Source: a virus (Duplodnaviria; Caudoviricetes). Taken from it: a stretch of DNA of 60,011 nucleotides. The notes beneath the pieces were generated by a model. The model did no database searches, was not told the origin of the DNA, and saw only the letters and a list, made by a program, of their open reading frames with translations. The translations under genes and the position numbers were made by a program. Below, one piece after another: positions 9,657-18,997 of the stretch. The stretch is from the IMG/VR virus record IMGVR_UViG_3300027806_000047, positions 1 through 60,011 of that record; one strand, given 5' to 3'. Every line of letters starts with the position of its first letter. Positions within the stretch are counted from its first letter, which is position 1.

Positions 9657-10262
9657 TCAGGTGGTGCTCTTGGTCACTTCGTCGTCGGACGGCCAGGCGG
9701 TCCCCTCGGCCTTGGCCCAAAACGCCTTCGCAATCTCCTCGTTGTCTCCAGCCAGGCGCAGGTACTCGGCCTTCCGCTCGGCCCGGACGCGGGCGTTGTA
9801 GGCCTCCTGCCGGATCGCCCCGTAGAGTTCTAGGCAAAGATCGCGGACCTCGTTGAACTTGGCGTCGTCCTGGGCGTACTCCTCGAACTTGGCCGCCTTT
9901 GATTCGGCCGGATCGACGCCGATCCACACGGTCTCCACCGTCACCTCGGGCCGGCCGATCTTGAGGCTCTCGTTGTTGTAGTTGACCTTCTCGATTTTGA
10001 CCAATCCGTCCAGGGCGGCCTGAGCCTTGGCCTCGTCGAGCCACCCGAAATCAGAGGTGTACCAGCCCTGCCGCAGGCGGAAAACCTTGATGGCTTCGGC
10101 GGGCTTCTGGTAGCCGCGCCACTCGCTGCGCCGGAGCGCCTCCGACAGGGTGATGGGCGGCTTGATGCCACGCTCTAGGGCCTCGAGGCGGATCGAGTCG
10201 TTGAGTTCTTCGTTGGTGAGGTTCAGGACCTCACTGCGGGTCAGTTGTGGGAATGGTTTCAT
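9657..10262 (-). CDS. hypothetical protein
   Basis: 201-aa ORF with normal globular composition, last gene of a 3-gene operon. Confidence 0.75.
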   Translation of the reverse strand: MKPFPQLTRSEVLNLTNEELNDSIRLEALERGIKPPITLSEALRRSEWRGYQKPAEAIKVFRLRQGWYTSDFGWLDEAKAQAALDGLVKIEKVNYNNESLKIGRPEVTVETVWIGVDPAESKAAKFEEYAQDDAKFNEVRDLCLELYGAIRQEAYNARVRAERKAEYLRLAGDNEEIAKAFWAKAEGTAWPSDDEVTKSTT

Positions 10263-10265
10263 GGT

Positions 10266-10466
10266 TCAGGCGTTCAAAAGGTCGTGGACCTCATCCTTCA
10301 GCTCCTGGACTTCCTGCTGGAGGTCCTTGATCTCCTTGGTCTTCTCGCCGAGAGACCTGTCGATGTCCTGAAGGATTCTCTCCAGGTCGTCTTTTATGTC
10401 GGGGTGGCGCTCAGTAATCAGCTCGATCGTGCGGCGATCACTGCGGTCTAGGTGTGGCAGGTTCAT
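10266..10466 (-). CDS. coiled-coil hypothetical protein
   Basis: MNLPHLDRS...KDLQQEVQELKDEV, TGATG overlap. Confidence 0.7.
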   Translation of the reverse strand: MNLPHLDRSDRRTIELITERHPDIKDDLERILQDIDRSLGEKTKEIKDLQQEVQELKDEVHDLLNA

Positions 10467-10684
10467 CAGTGCTTGGTGTAATGCTCGACCCCCCGTGCCG
10501 CCGCCACGGACCCGGCGAGAATCTCCTCGCGGCGGTTCCAAGCGGTGGCCATCTCGATGGCGAGGTTGTTGGCCTCCACCTCGGTCTCACCCCGCACGGT
10601 CGCGACGACGCGGCAGCGGACGGTGACCAAGTGGGCGACCCATTCGCCATTCTGAGGCACGGAGAATTGAGGAAGTAATTGCAT
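10466..10684 (-). CDS. hypothetical protein
   Basis: MQLLPQFSVP...ATAWNRR, first gene after a promoter. Confidence 0.6.
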   Translation of the reverse strand: MQLLPQFSVPQNGEWVAHLVTVRCRVVATVRGETEVEANNLAIEMATAWNRREEILAGSVAAARGVEHYTKH

Positions 10685-10694
10685 GGCGGGGCAG

Positions 10695-10738
10695 ACCATG
10701 CCCTGACACCAAGGTCGTGTCAACGAAGTTTCGGTGAC
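10695..10738 (-). promoter_or_regulatory. sigma70-type promoter with upstream GTCACCGAAA element
   Basis: TTGACA-N17-CATGGT-N10-ATG. TGACAC-N7-GTGTCA inverted repeat overlaps the -35. Confidence 0.55.
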
Positions 10739-10783
10739 TGCCTCGACTAGAACCCGGGCGGGGCTTCGCTACGATCCAGCGGC

Positions 10784-11536
10784 ATGGTCACGCCGCACTT
10801 GCACTTCATCTGGGGATTCAAGGAGGGCGACACGTTCGGCCTGATCGAGCGCATCGCAATTCAGTCGGCCTGCTGCCACCACCCGACGTGGCCCGCAACG
10901 CTCTGGACGCGGCGCATCCCAACGGGGAGTCACTGGGAGAAGTTGAAGGCCGCGGTGCCCTGGCTGAGGACTATGCCGGCGCCGCGGATCGACACGTTCA
11001 ACGGGCGGCCGGTTCCGAAGTACCAGCACAAGGCCGACGCCCTGCGATACAGCCTGCTGTACAGCTTGGGCGGGGTCTACATGGACCTGGACACGATCAC
11101 CCTGGCACCGATCCCGAAGGAGTGGCTGGAGAAGCCCTACACGATCGGCCTGGAGTACCATGCCGACGGGTCTCCGATCGGCTTGTGCAATGCAGTCTAC
11201 ATGTGCGCCCCGTTCTCGCGGTTCGGCTGGCGTGTCCTGAGCGAGTTTCAGGCGTTCGACCCAGCCGTCCACGCTTACGCGGAGTTCGGGGTCTACAGAC
11301 CGCTAAAGTGGGCCCTGGAAATGGCGCACGACGTCCACATCGTGAAGGGCCCCTTGCTGGGGCCCATGCACTGGGACATCGCGGCCTACTGGGAACGGGA
11401 GGAGCCGCTACGTGACGTCGTGATCGCCCACCTGTGGAGGACCAACCACAGCGACCCGGTGCTGCGGAAGCTGACCGAGGAAGACCTGCGGCACGGGCGG
11501 TTTGCCTACGCTCAGGCCGCCAAGCGGTACGTCTAG
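10784..11536 (+). CDS. GT32-like (DxD sugar-binding) glycosyltransferase
   Basis: HFIW...HKADALRYSLLYSLGGVYMDLD...LCNAV. Confidence 0.9.
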   Translation: MVTPHLHFIWGFKEGDTFGLIERIAIQSACCHHPTWPATLWTRRIPTGSHWEKLKAAVPWLRTMPAPRIDTFNGRPVPKYQHKADALRYSLLYSLGGVYMDLDTITLAPIPKEWLEKPYTIGLEYHADGSPIGLCNAVYMCAPFSRFGWRVLSEFQAFDPAVHAYAEFGVYRPLKWALEMAHDVHIVKGPLLGPMHWDIAAYWEREEPLRDVVIAHLWRTNHSDPVLRKLTEEDLRHGRFAYAQAAKRYV

Positions 11537-11685
11537 TTGCAGCAGTCTTTGACGCCGCCCTGGGGCACGGTCTTGGGCTTGGTAGCCGCCTCGTTCTCGG
11601 CCTCGGCCCTCCGCCGGGGCTGGGGCTGAGTCGGGGCTTCCGCCCAAGCCTTGGGGGCACTGCACGACTGGCCGGACGGGCGCAT
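11533..11685 (-). CDS. possible 50-aa hypothetical protein
   Basis: MRPSGQSCSAPKAW...GGVKDCCN. Its stop overlaps the GT32 stop. Confidence 0.35.
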   Translation of the reverse strand: MRPSGQSCSAPKAWAEAPTQPQPRRRAEAENEAATKPKTVPQGGVKDCCN

Positions 11686-11860
11686 GTCTAGGAAGGATGC
11701 CAAGTTGCTCACCGGGCGACGCTACGCCTTCGGCCGGGTCAGGACCAGTAATTTACAGCGACGGTTTTCGGCCTTCTAAGTAGTCGAAGTTTCGTCGACG
11801 GCCGGGCGTCGGTCGGAGTAGACTGCGACATGAACGTGGCGACCAACCGCCTGTCAAATC

Positions 11861-12391
11861 ATGCAAACCGTAATTGAACCAACCCTGTGCCGTGACTGCG
11901 GCAAAAACCCTGTCCCAGGTAAGGCCCGCTACTGCGCTTCCTGCCGTCGCCAAAAGGTCCGAGACGCCTCTGTGCGTTTCCGGGCCGGCATCACCATGGC
12001 CCCCGGAGAGGAAAGCGTTGGCCGCACCCTGGCCCAGTGCAGCCTCCGGGAGGTGGCGTCGAAGTTCCAGGTGTCCGTCCAGCGGATCCAACAGATTGAG
12101 CGCCTGGCTCTCCTGAAGCTGCGACGGGGCATCCTGCCGTTTTTGAAAGAGCACAACCCCGTCGCCTTCGAGAGGTACCAGGGCCGGGAGACCGACGCCC
12201 AACGGTGGGCGGCGCGTACCGGCGTCCGGCGGCAGCTTTCGGCCAAACAGGCCCAGATCGTGGCCCAGCTTCGCAAGCTGGCCGACACCTACGAGGAATC
12301 CGGCCAGGTCACGACGGCGCGGGCGATCCGCTACGAGGTCGAGGACCTCACGTTTCGGCTAGAACAGGTATTTGAAAAGAGGGACAACTAA
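11861..12391 (+). CDS. Zn-ribbon plus sigma70 region-4-like HTH protein
   Basis: CRDC...YCASC, then SLREVASKFQVSVQRIQQIERLALLKLR. Confidence 0.8.
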   Translation: MQTVIEPTLCRDCGKNPVPGKARYCASCRRQKVRDASVRFRAGITMAPGEESVGRTLAQCSLREVASKFQVSVQRIQQIERLALLKLRRGILPFLKEHNPVAFERYQGRETDAQRWAARTGVRRQLSAKQAQIVAQLRKLADTYEESGQVTTARAIRYEVEDLTFRLEQVFEKRDN

Positions 12392-12394
12392 ATT

Positions 12395-13174
12395 ATGGAA
12401 CTCCTCGAGAGAGTCAAAGGCTGGCTCAGTCGCCGCCGCCGCCGCCCGCCGGCACTCCCAGCCCCCGCGGCGCCAGCCAACAAGTGCGTGATCTTGGTGC
12501 CGGTGTCGCACCACATCGAGCCGGCGTGTGACGAGGCCCTTCGGGAGCTGGAGCGCCGTGGGTACACCGTGTGGCGTCGCTGGGGCTACTCGGCGATCGA
12601 CCAGGGCCGGTGCCTCATGGCCCAGCAAGCCCTGGACGCCGGCTTCGAGGAGCTGTTCTGGATCGATGCGGACGTGGCCTTTTGGCCCGGTGACGTGGAG
12701 AAGGTGCGCTCGCTCGGCAAGAGCGTGGTCGCCGCGGCCTACCCGGTGAAGGGCTGGCCGACGATGACGATCGAGCCGATGGACAAGAAGTCCCCGATCT
12801 TCTTCGGACCCTACACCGAGCCCATCGAGCTGCGGTACGCCGCCACAGGCTTCCTCTACACCCACTCCAGGGTCTACCGGCGCATCCAGCTTCTCCAGGC
12901 ATTGGAGCCGGTGCTCATCTGGGGGCAGCACAAGGCGGTCCCGTGGTTTTACCCGATCCTGATGGGGGGCGAGTACCTCGGCGAGGACTTCGCCTTTTGC
13001 CACCGGGCCCGGGAGGCCGGCTTCCAGATCCTCCTGGACCCGTCCATCCGACTGGCCCACATCGGCCGGTACTCGTATTCCTGGGAGTTCGCCTCCCGGG
13101 GTGTTCGCACGGAGCCGACTGACTGGATCTACCACCCACCCATCCGCACCCGTGAGACTGCCGGTTGTCAATGA
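12395..13174 (+). CDS. GT-A fold (GT2-like) glycosyltransferase
   Basis: IDQGRCL...LFWIDADV...ATGFL...GEDFAFCHRAREAGFQILLDPSIRLAHIG. Confidence 0.85.
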   Translation: MELLERVKGWLSRRRRRPPALPAPAAPANKCVILVPVSHHIEPACDEALRELERRGYTVWRRWGYSAIDQGRCLMAQQALDAGFEELFWIDADVAFWPGDVEKVRSLGKSVVAAAYPVKGWPTMTIEPMDKKSPIFFGPYTEPIELRYAATGFLYTHSRVYRRIQLLQALEPVLIWGQHKAVPWFYPILMGGEYLGEDFAFCHRAREAGFQILLDPSIRLAHIGRYSYSWEFASRGVRTEPTDWIYHPPIRTRETAGCQ

Positions 13175-13712
13175 TCAGGGCCGGGTCCGCTGGGCGGTCA
13201 TCCCGGATGACTGTGCTGGCGCACTCGACTATCCCGTGCCGCTGCGCGACATCGTTCGGCGGAGGGCCGAGATCGTGGTGGCCGTGTTCTCAGCCACCCA
13301 CGGGGTCCAGCAGGCCTTCGCGTACATCCGAAACGCCTTCCGGATTCAGAAGTGCGACCTGGTGGCTATCCTGGCGACGGGCGTGACCAGGCCGGCCCAG
13401 CTCGAGGCGCTCGAACTAGCTTTTGCTGCCGCGGTAGGTCGGGTCCGACTGATCCCACAGAACCAACGCGGTGGCCGACCCAAGAAACATGAACGTACTG
13501 AAGCCAGTGCCGGGACTCCGACAGGAGGACTTGGTGAAGATGACACGACAACAGCGGTGGAAACTCCGGAGGTACACTCAGGGGATGTGTGTGAGCTGCG
13601 GCAAGATCCCGAGGTGCGAACAGAGTCGCACCCTGTGTGCGGAGTGTTTGGCGATCCAGCGGGAGAGGATGCGCCAACGGACGGGAGCCAGCCGACGCAA
13701 TCTCAGAAGTAG
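13152..13712 (+). CDS. hypothetical protein (start and 3' part uncertain)
   Basis: Fills the gap and contains RGGRPKK. The 3' end overlaps the next gene in another frame. Confidence 0.35.
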   Translation: MRLPVVNDQGRVRWAVIPDDCAGALDYPVPLRDIVRRRAEIVVAVFSATHGVQQAFAYIRNAFRIQKCDLVAILATGVTRPAQLEALELAFAAAVGRVRLIPQNQRGGRPKKHERTEASAGTPTGGLGEDDTTTAVETPEVHSGDVCELRQDPEVRTESHPVCGVFGDPAGEDAPTDGSQPTQSQK

Positions 13713-13866
13713 GTCTTATGACGCGGATAAAGTCGTTGCTCGCTTCACTGCTGCGCCTGCTCGGCGTGGGAAGAAGGTCAAGGGTAAGGTCACCCGGAGG
13801 TCCAAGTTCCGAGCCCAGGCTAAGGGCAAAGCCCGTCCGGCCGGTCCGCATGAACCCACCGCGTGA
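13489..13866 (+). CDS. basic Zn-finger protein
   Basis: GMCVSCGK...TLCAECL, Arg/Lys-rich tail. Confidence 0.65.
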   Translation: MNVLKPVPGLRQEDLVKMTRQQRWKLRRYTQGMCVSCGKIPRCEQSRTLCAECLAIQRERMRQRTGASRRNLRSRSYDADKVVARFTAAPARRGKKVKGKVTRRSKFRAQAKGKARPAGPHEPTA

Positions 13867-13878
13867 CGTCAAGGAGTT

Positions 13879-14103
13879 GTGAGGGGAGGCAAACGCCCAG
13901 GAGCGGGCAGGCCGCGGGGACCCAGAAAGGTCTCCGTGCGACTAATGGTGCTGCCTGAGACGTTCCGCACCATCGACCTCCTCGCGTTTGCCCGAAGCCA
14001 ATCCCGCGGCGAGATCGTCGACCAACTGGCCCGCCGGGCAGTCCGGAAAAAACCTAGCACCTCTCCCAGCAGCCCCCTTTTGAAGGCCGCGTCCGTGAAA
14101 TAG
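13879..14103 (+). CDS. ribbon-helix-helix-like DNA-binding protein
   Basis: RGGKRPGAGRP hook plus VSVRLMV strand and two helices (SRGEIVDQL). SD AAGGAG. Confidence 0.65.
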   Translation: MRGGKRPGAGRPRGPRKVSVRLMVLPETFRTIDLLAFARSQSRGEIVDQLARRAVRKKPSTSPSSPLLKAASVK

Positions 14104-14155
14104 GAGAGTCGACTTTTCTGCGTAAATACTTGGGGTTCGGAGCAAGTACTTCGAC

Positions 14156-14201
14156 GTCCCATAAAATATGGTTGCACGGGACACGTGGCGCCGGCTATCG
14201 T
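14156..14201 (+). promoter_or_regulatory. sigma70-type promoter of the replication operon
   Basis: GTCCCATAAAA...TTGCAC-N18-TATCGT-N9-ATG in an AT-richer intergenic region. Confidence 0.5.
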
Positions 14202-14210
14202 CTCTGCACC

Positions 14211-14558
14211 ATGCAACGCTTCACGCTACTCCTTGTGGCGCAAGCCCTTACGGCTTCCGCCCTCTCCGCCAAGCTCCCCCAGGCCGAGGCCGACCGCATC
14301 GTCGACGCGATCTACCGGGTCGAGGGTGGGGCCAAGGCCAAAGTCCCCTTCGGCATTCTCTCCGTCCGCGTCTCTTCCTTGGAAGAGGCTCGCCGGGTCT
14401 GCTACAGGACCGTCCAGAACAACCACGACCGCTGGGTGCGATCGGGCCGCCGGGGCGAGTACCTGGACTTTCTGGCAGACCGCTACTGCCCGCCCTCGGA
14501 CGACCCGAAGGGCAATCGGAATTGGAAGAAGAACGTCCGCACTTTTCTGTCAAAGTAA
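14211..14558 (+). CDS. secreted lysozyme-fold protein (putative muralytic enzyme)
   Basis: Signal peptide MQRFTLLLVAQALTASALSA, AIYRVEGG (putative catalytic Glu), RYCP..DP.GN.NW..NV. Confidence 0.55.
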   Translation: MQRFTLLLVAQALTASALSAKLPQAEADRIVDAIYRVEGGAKAKVPFGILSVRVSSLEEARRVCYRTVQNNHDRWVRSGRRGEYLDFLADRYCPPSDDPKGNRNWKKNVRTFLSK

Positions 14559-14565
14559 CCTAAAT

Positions 14566-15900
14566 ATGGAAACACAAGACATCACCCCCGCCACGACGGC
14601 GGCCCTGAACGTGGCGAAGGTGGCAGCGGTGCTCCCGCCGGATCACGGGGCTCGCGCCCACCATAAGTTCTCCATGTCCAAGCTGAACTACCTCGACCCA
14701 TCGGTGGGCGGCTGCCGCGGGTACAAGGGCCGCGAGGGCACCAGCCAGGCGGCCGAGGACGGCACCGAGCTGCATGAGAAGTCCGAGGAGGTCCTGCGGG
14801 AATACCTCCGGGCGGCCCGCCCCTCGGTAAGCCTCGCCCAGTTCGCTGCCGGCCGACGGGACTGGGACGACGACTCCAACGTGCTCCTGCACCAGTGCTT
14901 CGTGTTCCTGGACGAGCATGCCCTTCGGAGGGGGTCCAGGATCTACATTGAGCTGAAGGCCCGGGTGAAGCGCAACGACGGCTCGGAGATCAACTACGGG
15001 CACCTCGACCTGTTCGTCGTCCACGCTGACGGGACGGCCATGCTCATCGACTGGAAGTTCGGGTACGCGCCGGTCCTTCCGGCCGATCGGAACCGCCAGG
15101 GACTCGGGTACGCTGCTGCCATGTTCCAGCAGTTCCCGGGCGTGAAGTCGATTGAGGTTATCTTCGTCCAGCCCCGCCTCCGCTGGGTGACCCGGCACAC
15201 CTACTACCGCGAGCAGGCGTCCGAGATGGCCTTCAGGGTCGATCAGATCGTCAAGGGCGCGATCCTGGTCCAGGGCGAGTCCATGCAGAATCCCCTCATC
15301 AAGGACCTGCTCAACCCGGGCAGTGCCTGTGAGTACTGCTCCCGGATCGGCACCTGCCCAGGCTACCTCGAAGCCTACGTGACCGCGGTGCAGCGGATGG
15401 GGGCCCTCCCGTCCCTTCCCACGACCTTCAATTTGGACGCGATCGACAGCCCTGAAAAGGCAGCCATCGCCCGCGCCTGGGTCGATTTCCTGGACGCCGC
15501 CGCGGGCCCCATCAAGGAGCGGGCCCAGGAGATCGCTCTCAACAACGGCGGCCAGATTGAGGCCGTTCTCCCGGATGGCCAAGTCGTCCGGTACGAGATG
15601 AAGTCCCGCGGCGTGAACCGCGAACTGGGCAGCGCGGTGGAGATCGCCGAGTGCCTGAAAGACATCGTCATGCCCACCCAACTCCTGGGTGCGGCAAAGC
15701 TGGGTCTCGAAAAGACCTTAGAAGTCGCAGCGCCGGCTCTGCTTGAGGTCAATCCCGAGGTCGGTACAAAGAAGGGCGCTCGCGAAGCAATTCTCTCCTT
15801 GCTCGAGGCTCACGGTCTGGTGACCAAGCCCGACGGCAAGGTTGAGTTCCTGAAAAGAACCAAAGTCCCACAAACCAACAACACCAAGAACATCGAATAA
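14566..15900 (+). CDS. DUF2800/Cas4-like PD-(D/E)xK exonuclease
   Basis: HHKFSMS...C..., AAEDGTELHE, GHLD, IDWKFG, NRQ..GYA, VQPR, PGSACEYC...CP. Confidence 0.85.
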   Translation: METQDITPATTAALNVAKVAAVLPPDHGARAHHKFSMSKLNYLDPSVGGCRGYKGREGTSQAAEDGTELHEKSEEVLREYLRAARPSVSLAQFAAGRRDWDDDSNVLLHQCFVFLDEHALRRGSRIYIELKARVKRNDGSEINYGHLDLFVVHADGTAMLIDWKFGYAPVLPADRNRQGLGYAAAMFQQFPGVKSIEVIFVQPRLRWVTRHTYYREQASEMAFRVDQIVKGAILVQGESMQNPLIKDLLNPGSACEYCSRIGTCPGYLEAYVTAVQRMGALPSLPTTFNLDAIDSPEKAAIARAWVDFLDAAAGPIKERAQEIALNNGGQIEAVLPDGQVVRYEMKSRGVNRELGSAVEIAECLKDIVMPTQLLGAAKLGLEKTLEVAAPALLEVNPEVGTKKGAREAILSLLEAHGLVTKPDGKVEFLKRTKVPQTNNTKNIE

Positions 15901-15902
15901 AT

Positions 15903-16814
15903 ATGGCAGCAACCCGTAAATTGCGTAGCGTCAACGACAACACCGTGACCGAGGAGGTCGTCCCCGAGAACGTCCAGCATTCGTCTGAGCCCTTGCCGGC
16001 CGGCGTGATCGAGGGCGGGGCTCCGCAGGGCACCGAGACCACCAACGCCGTCGCCACCCGCACCACCAGGGCCCTTGCCCCGATGTCCGCTTCCTCCGGC
16101 ATCGTCGGTGAGTGGGACTCGAGCGACGTGAAGTTCCCCGCCCTGAAGATCGTTCAGGGCTCTGGCCAACTGAGCCAGCAGTTCAACTCCGGCACCCTCA
16201 TCCTGGGCGATGAGGAGCTGCTCCCGCCGCCGGACCTCAAGAACCCGAAGCCGGAGCATACCTTCCGCTTCGTCCCCGTCACCCTGGAGAAGCAGTTCCG
16301 GGAGAACCTGAGCCAGGAAGAGGCCGCCAGCGGCGCGATGCCCCGCGTGGTCAACAGCCTGGCCGAAGTGGAGGCCCTCGGCGGCACCACGCAGTGGATC
16401 GGCGACCAGAAGCCCTCCTGGGGCCCGAGCGCCCGGATCCTCCTGCTGGTGGAGCGCCCCGAGAACCTCCCGGGCAGCGGCACCGATCACCCGGGCTTCG
16501 TCCTGGAGCTGGGCGGTAAGCTGTACGCCCCGGCCGTGTACTACGCCGCCGGGACAAGCTGGACCAACTTCGCCAAGCCGCTTTTCAATGCGGCCCTGAC
16601 CTCGCTGATGATCCCCGAGCGCGATGAGGCCGGGAACATCGTGAAGACGCCGACGGGCGTGATCCGCCGGCAGCCGTACCTGCCCAAGTCCTTCTGGGCC
16701 TGGCGTACCGTCAAGAAGGCGGCCGGCGACTACGTCGTGTTCGCGCCCGAAGTCCGCCTCCACAAGGAAGAGACCGGCGATGAGCTGCGCCAGTTCGTCG
16801 AGTCCCTTCGCTGA
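15903..16814 (+). CDS. putative ssDNA-binding/annealing protein
   Basis: Lies between the exonuclease and the primase. DVKFPALKIVQGSGQLS motif. Followed by a terminator. Confidence 0.5.
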   Translation: MAATRKLRSVNDNTVTEEVVPENVQHSSEPLPAGVIEGGAPQGTETTNAVATRTTRALAPMSASSGIVGEWDSSDVKFPALKIVQGSGQLSQQFNSGTLILGDEELLPPPDLKNPKPEHTFRFVPVTLEKQFRENLSQEEAASGAMPRVVNSLAEVEALGGTTQWIGDQKPSWGPSARILLLVERPENLPGSGTDHPGFVLELGGKLYAPAVYYAAGTSWTNFAKPLFNAALTSLMIPERDEAGNIVKTPTGVIRRQPYLPKSFWAWRTVKKAAGDYVVFAPEVRLHKEETGDELRQFVESLR

Positions 16815-16834
16815 TCCGTCCGTCACCTAAACCT

Positions 16835-16870
16835 GGGGGCCAGGTGCCTGGTTCATCTGGCCCCCTTTTC
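16835..16870 (+). terminator. intrinsic terminator
   Basis: GGGGGCCAGGTG/CATCTGGCCCCC stem plus TTTTC. Confidence 0.7.
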
Positions 16871-16880
16871 TTCGCTTTCT

Positions 16881-18992
16881 ATGGAGTTTTTTGGGTTCCG
16901 GGATCTCCGGTCGTCCGAGGCCACTGAGGTGGCCCCGTGGAATTGGCGGCCGACCGCCGTCCAGAGGCAGCACGTCGCGAACGCTCCGAAGTCGAGCCGA
17001 AACCAGGCGATGGCGAAGCAGGGATGGCTCGTCTACACGCCGGTCCGGGGCACCGTTCCGACGGCCTACGTGGAGCCCTCGAACCCGGCCGCGGGGGTCC
17101 GCGGCATGGTGCTCGACTACGATGTGACCCTCATCAAACCGCACCTGGAGAAGGCACTGGCCAAGGTCCCAGACGACCTGATGCCGCAATTCGTCGAGCA
17201 GACCCTGTCCGGGCACTTCCGGCTGGTGTGGATCTTCGACCGAGACGTGCCGATCTGCGACCCGGCTCAGATCGAGATGATCTGGAGGTCCCTGGCCGAC
17301 CGCATCAACCCCTACGAGCTGCACCCAGGCCTCGACAGTGCCTCGTTCCGCCCGTACCAGCGGTGGACCTCCGGGGACGCTTGGCTGGCCTATTCCGAGC
17401 ACGACCACGTCCCCGCTGACACCCTCAACGAGATCCTGTGGGAGGTCGGGAAGAAGTTTCGCCAGGACACCAAGTCCGACCTGGACCTGAAGAAGGTCGG
17501 GGAGGCGCTCCTGGCCAAGTTCCCGGGGTGCTGGGAAGGCGAGTTCGTCGTCGGGTCTCGAGGGAAACGGTTCTGGGACTCGACGGCCGACAACCCGATG
17601 GGGTGCATGCTGAAGCCGGACGGATTCCTGTGCTTCACCGGACCGAAGCCCGTCGTGAAGTGGGAGGACCTCCTGGGCGAGGAGTGGTGCCGGAAGGCGC
17701 GGGAGGATCGGCTGGCCGACGCGACCTCGAACATCTACTTCGACGGGCGCACCTACTGGCACTTGGTAGGGTCCAACGTCTGGCACAAGCGGAGCCGCGA
17801 GGACACGATTCTGGAGCTGACCGACCGAGGGTTCGACAACCGGGTGACCAAGGGGAAGTCCGTCTCCGACTGCGGCAGGCTGCTCAACATGATCCAGCAG
17901 GCCAACCGGGTGGACGCCGCCCTGTCCCTGGTGAACTACCCGCCCGGCCTCGTCACGATCCGCCGGCAGCGCCTGCTGAACACAACGCGAGTCCAGGCGA
18001 TGAAGCCTGCCGAAGGCCCGGCGACGACCGAAGACTTCCCGTGGCTGTGGGAGTTCCTCCAGGGCCACTTTGCGGCCCCCGAGAACCGCCCCCTCGACCA
18101 TTTCCTGGCCTGGCTGAAGCGGGCCTACGTGGCCCTCCTGGAGCGCCAGCGCCTCATGGGTCAGGCCCTGTTCCTGTGCGGGCCCCGGCAAAACGGCAAG
18201 ACCCTCCTGGCGACCCGGATCATCGCCCCGATGCTGGGCGAAGGGTACGCTGATCCGTTCGAGTACCTTACCGGGCGCACCACCTTCAACTCGGAGCTGT
18301 TCGAGAACTTCCTCTGGTGCCTGAACGACGCCGACAGCCCCCGCGAGGGTGAGCGGGGCAGCGTCCTTTCCAAGATCAAGGACACCGTCGTGAACCCGTC
18401 GCACCAGTACCACCAGAAGTTCGGCGACCGCGCCCAGGTGGATTGGCAGGGCCGCCTGTTGGTGACCCTGAACGACGACCCGGGCTCCGTCGCCCTCCTG
18501 CCCGAGGTCAATTCTAACACGGCCGACAAGCTCTGCTTCTTCGCCTCGAGGAACTACGCGAAGGCCTGGCCCTCGAACCGCGAGATCGAGTCCACCCTCG
18601 AGAAGGAGCTGCCCAAGTTCTGCCGGTGGCTGCTCAACTGGCAGGAGCCCAAAGACGTCCTGGAGTCCTCCCGCGTCGGTGTGAAGTCCTACTTCGACCC
18701 GCACGTCTTGGAGACGAGCCGCCGCCAGGGGTACGCTTACAACTTCCGTGAGTTGCTGGTGAATTGGGTCCGCGCATCGTGGGCCCCGGAGGAGGCCGAG
18801 AAGAGCCTCACGCCCACCGAGCTGATGGCCCACCTGACGAGCTGCGAGCCCGTCGCGGCCCTCGCCCGAGACTGGAAGGTGCCGATGGTTGCCCGGGCCC
18901 TCACGACCCTCGCCCGGGACGGCAATTCCGGCATCACCTACAACGACGGCCCCGACCGCTCGTTCACCCTTCACCGCCACCAACTCGCCTAA
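16881..18992 (+). CDS. primase-polymerase/SF3 helicase fusion (DUF5906-like)
   Basis: N-terminal VLDYD and TLSGHFRLVW, C-terminal Walker A GPRQNGKT, TTFNSELF, LVTLN. Confidence 0.8.
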   Translation: MEFFGFRDLRSSEATEVAPWNWRPTAVQRQHVANAPKSSRNQAMAKQGWLVYTPVRGTVPTAYVEPSNPAAGVRGMVLDYDVTLIKPHLEKALAKVPDDLMPQFVEQTLSGHFRLVWIFDRDVPICDPAQIEMIWRSLADRINPYELHPGLDSASFRPYQRWTSGDAWLAYSEHDHVPADTLNEILWEVGKKFRQDTKSDLDLKKVGEALLAKFPGCWEGEFVVGSRGKRFWDSTADNPMGCMLKPDGFLCFTGPKPVVKWEDLLGEEWCRKAREDRLADATSNIYFDGRTYWHLVGSNVWHKRSREDTILELTDRGFDNRVTKGKSVSDCGRLLNMIQQANRVDAALSLVNYPPGLVTIRRQRLLNTTRVQAMKPAEGPATTEDFPWLWEFLQGHFAAPENRPLDHFLAWLKRAYVALLERQRLMGQALFLCGPRQNGKTLLATRIIAPMLGEGYADPFEYLTGRTTFNSELFENFLWCLNDADSPREGERGSVLSKIKDTVVNPSHQYHQKFGDRAQVDWQGRLLVTLNDDPGSVALLPEVNSNTADKLCFFASRNYAKAWPSNREIESTLEKELPKFCRWLLNWQEPKDVLESSRVGVKSYFDPHVLETSRRQGYAYNFRELLVNWVRASWAPEEAEKSLTPTELMAHLTSCEPVAALARDWKVPMVARALTTLARDGNSGITYNDGPDRSFTLHRHQLA

Positions 18993-18997
18993 TCACC

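Noticed and set aside
14566-15900. Cas4-like nuclease as a sign of CRISPR-Cas
   Set aside because: No repeat-spacer array or other cas genes. The replication-operon context fits a phage exonuclease.
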